From: an uncultured bacterium
GTDB taxonomy: Bacteria > Krumholzibacteriota > Krumholzibacteriia > LZORAL124-64-63
Direction of reading: 5' to 3'
DNA: 64,000 bases
Assembly: GCA_963732385.1 (NCBI GenBank)
Contig: CAVSZB010000008.1
Span: 352,001-416,000 of the forward strand
The position numbers and the translations under genes are program-made. Each line of letters starts with the position of its first letter. Within the stretch, counting starts at the first letter, position 1. The notes under the pieces are model-generated. The model worked only from the letters and a program-made list of their open reading frames with translations. It ran no database searches and had not been told where the DNA came from. Positions 58,772 to 64,000 of this stretch are shown piece by piece.

Positions 58772-61288
58772 ATGCCCCTGCCGCCTGGTTTCGCGAGCCG
58801 TCCGGCGGGAGTATCCGGCGGTGTGCTTCTGGCTCTGCTGGCCCTGTCGGTGATCTCTGCCGCGGCGCCGGCGTTGGCCGCGCCGGCGTCGATCGACGCT
58901 TTGCCGGCCGCCCTGACCCACACCCTGCGCCCGCTTTCGGGGGTGCCGCGGCATGAGGCGCCGACGCCCGATCTGCCGGCCCTCGCGGCCGACGACGCGC
59001 GGCGCGAGCGCGACGGGCTGCCGCCCCGGTTCGCAGTGCCGTCGGCGACGGCGCTCACGCCCGACAACGCCGGCGTCTGGGAGCCGCTCGATGCCCAGCA
59101 TCAGTTGTGGCGTCTGCGGATCGCCGCCCCCGGCGCCGTATCTCTGAACCTCGGTTTCACGCAGTTCCGTCTCCCCCGGGGGGGGCGTCTCTGCCTCTAC
59201 CCGGCGTCCGATCCCGCCGGTGCCGTGATTTTTACCGACGCCGACAACGAAGAGCACGGCCAGCTCTGGACGCCGGTCGTTGCGGGCGACGATCTCGTGG
59301 TGGAATTGACGCTTCACGCCACCACGCTCGCCGACTACAGGCTCGAAATCGGTTCCGTGAACGTCGGCTATCGCGACTTCGGTCGGATCGCGCCGGACAA
59401 ATCCGGCACCTGCAACATCGACGTGGTCTGCCCCGAGGGCGATCCGTGGCGGGACGAGATCCAGTCGGTGGGGGTCATCTCTACCGGCGGCTCCACCTTC
59501 TGCACCGGCTTCATGGTCAACAACACGGCGCAGGACGCGAAGCCGTACTTCATGACCGCGAACCACTGCGGCGTCACCGCGCTCAACGCGCCGTCGCTGG
59601 TCGTGTACTGGAACTTCCAGAGCCCGACCTGCGGCCTGCAGGGGGGCGGTTCGCTGGCCAGTTTCCAGACCGGCTCGTTCTTCCGCGCCACCTACGCCAC
59701 CTCCGACTTCACGCTCGTCGAGCTGGACGACGCGCCCGCGCCGGCGTGGAACGTCACCTTCGCCGGCTGGGACCGGACGGCGGTCAATCCGACGCGGGGC
59801 ACCGCCATCCACCATCCGAACACCGACGAGAAGAGCATCAGTTTCGAGAACGACCCGCTGCAGACGACCACCTACCTCAGCACCGTCAGCCCCGGCGATG
59901 GCTCGCACCTGCGCGTGGTGGACTGGGATCTGGGCACGACGGAACCGGGTTCCTCCGGCTCCCCGCTCTTCGACCAGAACCACCACGTCGTCGGACAACT
60001 CCATGGCGGCTTTGCCGCGTGCGGCAACAACGAGTCCGACTGGTACGGCTGCTTCGCCGTCTCCTGGGCCGGCGCGGGCGCCGACACAGCGCGCCTGAGC
60101 AACTGGCTCGACCCGCTCAGCACCGACCAGAAGACGCTCGGTCTGTATGCGCCTTACGCGGTCGGCCTGCGGGTCCTGCCGGGCGACGGTCTGGCTTCGG
60201 CGGGTCCGCTGGGGGGGCCGTTCACGCCCGACTCGCTGGTCTACACCCTGACCAATCCCGGCACTGCCGATCTTGTCTGGCGGGCGAGCCATGGCGCCGG
60301 CTGGGCCACCGTCAGCCCCGACAACGGAATCATCCCGGTCGCCGGCGCGGTGTCGGTGACCGTGGCGCTGAACGCCTTCGCCGAGTTGCTGCCCGCGGGG
60401 GTCTGGGCCGACACGGTCAGCTTCGTCAACGAAACCGACCACCTCGGAGACCAGCAGCGGTCGGTGTCGATCCAGGTCGGCAGTCCCACGCTGGTCTACG
60501 ACTGGCCGCTCGACACCAACCCCGGCTGGACGATGGAGGGGCAGTGGGCCTTCGGCGTTCCCCTGGGCGTGGCCGGCTCCTACGGTCCTCCCGACCCGAC
60601 GTCGGGTCACACCGGTACGAACGTGCTCGGTTACAATCTGGCCGGCACCTACGCCAGCGATCTGCCCGAGACGCACCTGACGAGCCCGGGGCTCGACTGC
60701 AGCGGGATGCGCTCGGTCATCCTGCGCTACTGGCGCTGGCTCGGGGTGGAGCAGCCGGCGTATGATCACGCCTCGTTGCGCGCGAGCGCCGACGGCGTGA
60801 ACTGGACGACCGTCTGGGAGAACGGCAGCCAGATCGCCGACAGCGGCTGGGTGCTGCAGGAGTTCGACATCTCTGCGGTGGCGGCGCGTCAGCCGGCCGT
60901 GCGGCTGCGGTGGACCATGGGCGCCACCGACAGCGATTGGGACTACTGCGGCTGGAACCTCGACGACATCTCGGTCTGGGGCTTCCCGCTCGATCCTGAC
61001 GATCCTCCGGCGCGCACGGCGCTCCTGGACAATATCCCCAACCCGTTCAACCTGCTGACCGAGGTGGTTTTCGATCTGGCCCGGTCCGGCCCGGTCCGCC
61101 TGACGGTGCACGATGTGCGCGGGCGGCTCGTGCGCGTGCTGCGGGACGGCTCGCTGGAGGCCGGTCGCCATACGGAACGTTGGGACGGTCGCGACGCCGC
61201 CGGTCGCGAGGTCGCCAGCGGAACCTATCTGCTGCGGCTCGAGACCGCCGACACCCGGGATGAGCGCAAGCTGGCGCGCGTGCGCTGA
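58772..61288 (+). CDS. Secreted lysyl-endopeptidase-like (Achromobacter protease I type) S1 protease with Ig/beta-sandwich domains and FlgD-Ig CTD, copy 1
   Basis: Signal peptide and propeptide; SGTCNIDVVC; triad TANHC / SDFTL / TEPGSSGSPL; GQLHGG..C...SDWYG; CTD NIPNPFN...WDGRD..G.EVASGTY. Confidence 0.9.
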   Translation: MPLPPGFASRPAGVSGGVLLALLALSVISAAAPALAAPASIDALPAALTHTLRPLSGVPRHEAPTPDLPALAADDARRERDGLPPRFAVPSATALTPDNAGVWEPLDAQHQLWRLRIAAPGAVSLNLGFTQFRLPRGGRLCLYPASDPAGAVIFTDADNEEHGQLWTPVVAGDDLVVELTLHATTLADYRLEIGSVNVGYRDFGRIAPDKSGTCNIDVVCPEGDPWRDEIQSVGVISTGGSTFCTGFMVNNTAQDAKPYFMTANHCGVTALNAPSLVVYWNFQSPTCGLQGGGSLASFQTGSFFRATYATSDFTLVELDDAPAPAWNVTFAGWDRTAVNPTRGTAIHHPNTDEKSISFENDPLQTTTYLSTVSPGDGSHLRVVDWDLGTTEPGSSGSPLFDQNHHVVGQLHGGFAACGNNESDWYGCFAVSWAGAGADTARLSNWLDPLSTDQKTLGLYAPYAVGLRVLPGDGLASAGPLGGPFTPDSLVYTLTNPGTADLVWRASHGAGWATVSPDNGIIPVAGAVSVTVALNAFAELLPAGVWADTVSFVNETDHLGDQQRSVSIQVGSPTLVYDWPLDTNPGWTMEGQWAFGVPLGVAGSYGPPDPTSGHTGTNVLGYNLAGTYASDLPETHLTSPGLDCSGMRSVILRYWRWLGVEQPAYDHASLRASADGVNWTTVWENGSQIADSGWVLQEFDISAVAARQPAVRLRWTMGATDSDWDYCGWNLDDISVWGFPLDPDDPPARTALLDNIPNPFNLLTEVVFDLARSGPVRLTVHDVRGRLVRVLRDGSLEAGRHTERWDGRDAAGREVASGTYLLRLETADTRDERKLARVR

Positions 61289-63870
61289 GTGGTCATGCCG
61301 TTGGTCACAAAGGAAGGTTCATCATGGCCCTGCTGATTCGCCTCGTCCGCCGCCCGATGGGTGCATCGGGCGGTGTGCTTCTGGCTCTGCTGGCCCTGTC
61401 GGTGATCTCTGCCGCGGCGCCGGCGTTGGCCGCGCCGGCGTCGATCGACGCTTTGCCGGCCGCCCTGACCCACACCCTGCGCCCGCTTTCGGGGGTGCCG
61501 CGGCATGAGGCGCCGACGCCCGATCTGCCGGCCCTCGCGGCCGACGACGCGCGGCGCGAGCGCGACGGGCTGCCGCCCCGGTTCGCAGTGCCGTCGGCGA
61601 CGGCGCTCACGCCCGACAACGCCGGCGTCTGGGAGCCGCTCGATGCCCAGCATCAGTTGTGGCGTCTGCGGATCGCCGCCCCCGGCGCCGTATCTCTGAA
61701 CCTCGGTTTCACGCAGTTCCGTCTCCCCCGGGGGGGGCGTCTCTGCCTCTACCCGGCGTCCGATCCCGCCGGTGCCGTGATTTTTACCGACGCCGACAAC
61801 GAAGAGCACGGCCAGCTCTGGACGCCGGTCGTTGCGGGCGACGATCTCGTGGTGGAATTGACGCTTCACGCCACCACGCTCGCCGACTACAGGCTCGAAA
61901 TCGGTTCCGTGAACGTCGGCTATCGCGACTTCGGTCGGATCGCGCCGGACAAATCCGGCACCTGCAACATCGACGTGGTCTGCCCCGAGGGCGATCCGTG
62001 GCGGGACGAGATCCAGTCGGTGGGGGTCATCTCTACCGGCGGCTCCACCTTCTGCACCGGCTTCATGGTCAACAACACGGCGCAGGACGCGAAGCCGTAC
62101 TTCATGACCGCGAACCACTGCGGCGTCACCGCGCTCAACGCGCCGTCGCTGGTCGTGTACTGGAACTTCCAGAGCCCGACCTGCGGCCTGCAGGGGGGCG
62201 GTTCGCTGGCCAGTTTCCAGACCGGCTCGTTCTTCCGCGCCACCTACGCCACCTCCGACTTCACGCTCGTCGAGCTGGACGACGCGCCCGCGCCGGCGTG
62301 GAACGTCACCTTCGCCGGCTGGGACCGGACGGCGGTCAATCCGACGCGGGGCACCGCCATCCACCATCCGAACACCGACGAGAAGAGCATCAGTTTCGAG
62401 AACGACCCGCTGCAGACGACCACCTACCTCAGCACCGTCAGCCCCGGCGATGGCTCGCACCTGCGCGTGGTGGACTGGGATCTGGGCACGACGGAACCGG
62501 GTTCCTCCGGCTCCCCGCTCTTCGACCAGAACCACCACATCGTCGGACAACTCCATGGCGGCTATGCCGCGTGCGGGAACAACGAGTCCGACTGGTACGG
62601 TCGCTTCTCCGTCTCCTGGGCCGGTGGGGGCGCCAGCGCATCGCGCCTGAGCAACTGGCTCGACCCGCTCAGCACCGGCCAGACGACGCTCGGTCTGTAC
62701 GCGCCGTACAAGGCCAGCCTGCGGGTCCTGCCGGGCGACAGTCTGGCTTCGGCGGGTCCGCTGGGGGGGCCGTTCACGCCCGACTCGCTGGTCTACACCC
62801 TGACCAATCTCGGCACTGCCGATCTTGTCTGGCGGGCGAGCCATGGCGCCGGCTGGGCCACCGTCAGCCCCGACAACGGAATCATCCCGGTCGCCGGCGC
62901 GGTGTCGGTGACCGTGGCGCTGAACGCCTTCGCCGAGTTGCTGCCCGCGGGGGTCTGGGCCGACACGGTCAGCTTCGTCAACGAAACCGACCACCTCGGA
63001 GACCAGCAGCGGTCGGTGTCGATCCAGGTCGGCAGTCCCACGCTGGTCTACGACTGGCCGCTCGACACCAACCCCGGCTGGACGATGGAGGGGCAGTGGG
63101 CCTTCGGCGTTCCCCTGGGCGTGGCCGGCTCCTACGGTCCTCCCGACCCGACGTCGGGTCACACCGGTACGAACGTGCTCGGTTACAATCTGGCCGGCAC
63201 CTACGCCAGCGATCTGCCCGAGACGCACCTGACGAGCCCGGGGCTCGACTGCAGCGGGATGCGCTCGGTCATCCTGCGCTACTGGCGCTGGCTCGGGGTA
63301 GAGCAGCCGGCGTATGATCACGCCTCGTTGCGCGCGAGCGCCGACGGCGTGGACTGGACGACCGTCTGGGAGAACGGCAGCGAGATCGCCGACAGCGGCT
63401 GGGTGCTGCAGGAGTTCGACATCTCTGCGGTGGCGGCGCGTCAGCCGGCCGTGCGGCTGCGGTGGACCATGGGCACGACCGACTCCAGCTGGAACTACTG
63501 CGGCTGGAACCTCGACGACATCGCGGTCTGGGGCTTCCCGCTCGCTCCGGTCGACGTGCCCGACGGTCCGCCGCCGGCGCGCACGGCGCTCCTGGGCAAC
63601 ACCCCCAACCCGTTCAACCCGCTGACCGAGGTGGTTTTCGATCTGGCCCGGTCCGGCCCGGTCCGCCTGACGGTGCACGATGTGCGCGGGCGGCTCGTGC
63701 GCGTGCTGAGGAACGGCTCGCTGGAGGCCGGTCGCCATACGGAACGTTGGGACGGTTGCGACGCCGCCGGTCACGAGGTCGCCAGCGGAACCTATCTGCT
63801 GCGGCTCGAGACCGCCGACGCGCATACGGAACGCAAAATGGTGCTCGCGCGCTGAGCGGTCATTCAGTTG
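58817..63870 (+). repeat. Tandem ~2.55-kb near-identical duplication (offset 2552 bp)
   Basis: By eye, 58817-59985 matches 61369-62537 without visible differences; differences cluster at ~59986-60260 and ~60745-61290. Confidence 0.92.
61324..63855 (+). CDS. Secreted lysyl-endopeptidase-like S1 protease with FlgD-Ig CTD, copy 2
   Basis: Near-identical to copy 1; AAGGAAGG upstream; CTD NTPNPFNP...KMVLAR. Confidence 0.9.
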   Translation: MALLIRLVRRPMGASGGVLLALLALSVISAAAPALAAPASIDALPAALTHTLRPLSGVPRHEAPTPDLPALAADDARRERDGLPPRFAVPSATALTPDNAGVWEPLDAQHQLWRLRIAAPGAVSLNLGFTQFRLPRGGRLCLYPASDPAGAVIFTDADNEEHGQLWTPVVAGDDLVVELTLHATTLADYRLEIGSVNVGYRDFGRIAPDKSGTCNIDVVCPEGDPWRDEIQSVGVISTGGSTFCTGFMVNNTAQDAKPYFMTANHCGVTALNAPSLVVYWNFQSPTCGLQGGGSLASFQTGSFFRATYATSDFTLVELDDAPAPAWNVTFAGWDRTAVNPTRGTAIHHPNTDEKSISFENDPLQTTTYLSTVSPGDGSHLRVVDWDLGTTEPGSSGSPLFDQNHHIVGQLHGGYAACGNNESDWYGRFSVSWAGGGASASRLSNWLDPLSTGQTTLGLYAPYKASLRVLPGDSLASAGPLGGPFTPDSLVYTLTNLGTADLVWRASHGAGWATVSPDNGIIPVAGAVSVTVALNAFAELLPAGVWADTVSFVNETDHLGDQQRSVSIQVGSPTLVYDWPLDTNPGWTMEGQWAFGVPLGVAGSYGPPDPTSGHTGTNVLGYNLAGTYASDLPETHLTSPGLDCSGMRSVILRYWRWLGVEQPAYDHASLRASADGVDWTTVWENGSEIADSGWVLQEFDISAVAARQPAVRLRWTMGTTDSSWNYCGWNLDDIAVWGFPLAPVDVPDGPPPARTALLGNTPNPFNPLTEVVFDLARSGPVRLTVHDVRGRLVRVLRNGSLEAGRHTERWDGCDAAGHEVASGTYLLRLETADAHTERKMVLAR

Positions 63871-63888
63871 CCTGCGGCCCTCGCCCGG

Positions 63889-63999
63889 TCAGTCCAGGCG
63901 GCCGCTGATGAGCACGTGCCGGTCGCTGACCACCCGCACGCTGAAGTGCGACAGGCCGGAGGCCGCCAGCTGCTGGCGGATTTCGTGTGGTTCGAAAGC
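63889..63999 (-). CDS. C-terminus of a probable class I SAM-dependent methyltransferase (truncated by window edge)
   Basis: Minus frame reads AFEPHEIRQQLAASGLSHFSVRVVSDRHVLISGRLD*, resembling methyltransferase C-termini with the SDRH motif. Confidence 0.5.
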   Translation of the reverse strand, partial: AFEPHEIRQQLAASGLSHFSVRVVSDRHVLISGRLD

Positions 64000-64000
64000 G

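Noticed and set aside
59986..62810. Diversity-generating retroelement TR/VR pair suggested by near-identical repeats with a variable patch
   Set aside because: The differences are not adenine-specific (e.g. C/G, G/T, TGC/CGC), both copies are full genes, and no reverse transcriptase is in the window.
1..64000. CRISPR arrays, rRNA/tRNA genes, IS elements, integrases, prophage
   Set aside because: I recognised no regularly spaced repeats, cloverleaf/rRNA signatures, or transposase/phage structural genes by eye. A covariance-model scan was not possible.

Overview
A 64-kb, very GC-rich bacterial chromosomal segment. It is probably from an FCB-superphylum-type candidate lineage such as Krumholzibacteriota, Latescibacterota or Eisenbacteria; this is inferred from the FlgD-Ig/T9SS-like C-terminal sorting domains and the PorV-family barrel, not proven. 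From left to right it contains: the 3' part of alaS; a minus-strand operon (giant DUF11-repeat secreted protein, PorV-family barrel-TPR fusion, membrane HAMP-PP2C-HATPase, STAS, GAF histidine kinase); two divergent barrel/OmpA proteins; a rhomboid-like/aminoacyl-PG synthase fusion; ada-alkA and ogt; icd; a two-component system; a type IV pilus/T2SS-like cluster with a REC protein, major pilin and DUF2723 glycosyltransferase; an ABC exporter; a small CTD-bearing protein abutting a CTD-less S8 protease; a Na+-pumping acyl-CoA decarboxylase operon with six +1 frameshifts (probably assembly errors); lemA-TPM-TPM; a HEAT-cyclophilin; asd-ecfT-truA-tal-htrA; and a near-identical tandem pair of lysyl-endopeptidase-like secreted proteases. 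The two best candidates for undescribed systems are (1) the adhesin-PorV/TPR-partner-switching operon and (2) a possible donor-strand piggy-back export pair at 43172-45997. I recognised no rRNA, tRNA, CRISPR array or mobile element. Domain calls come from motif recognition by eye, not database searches.
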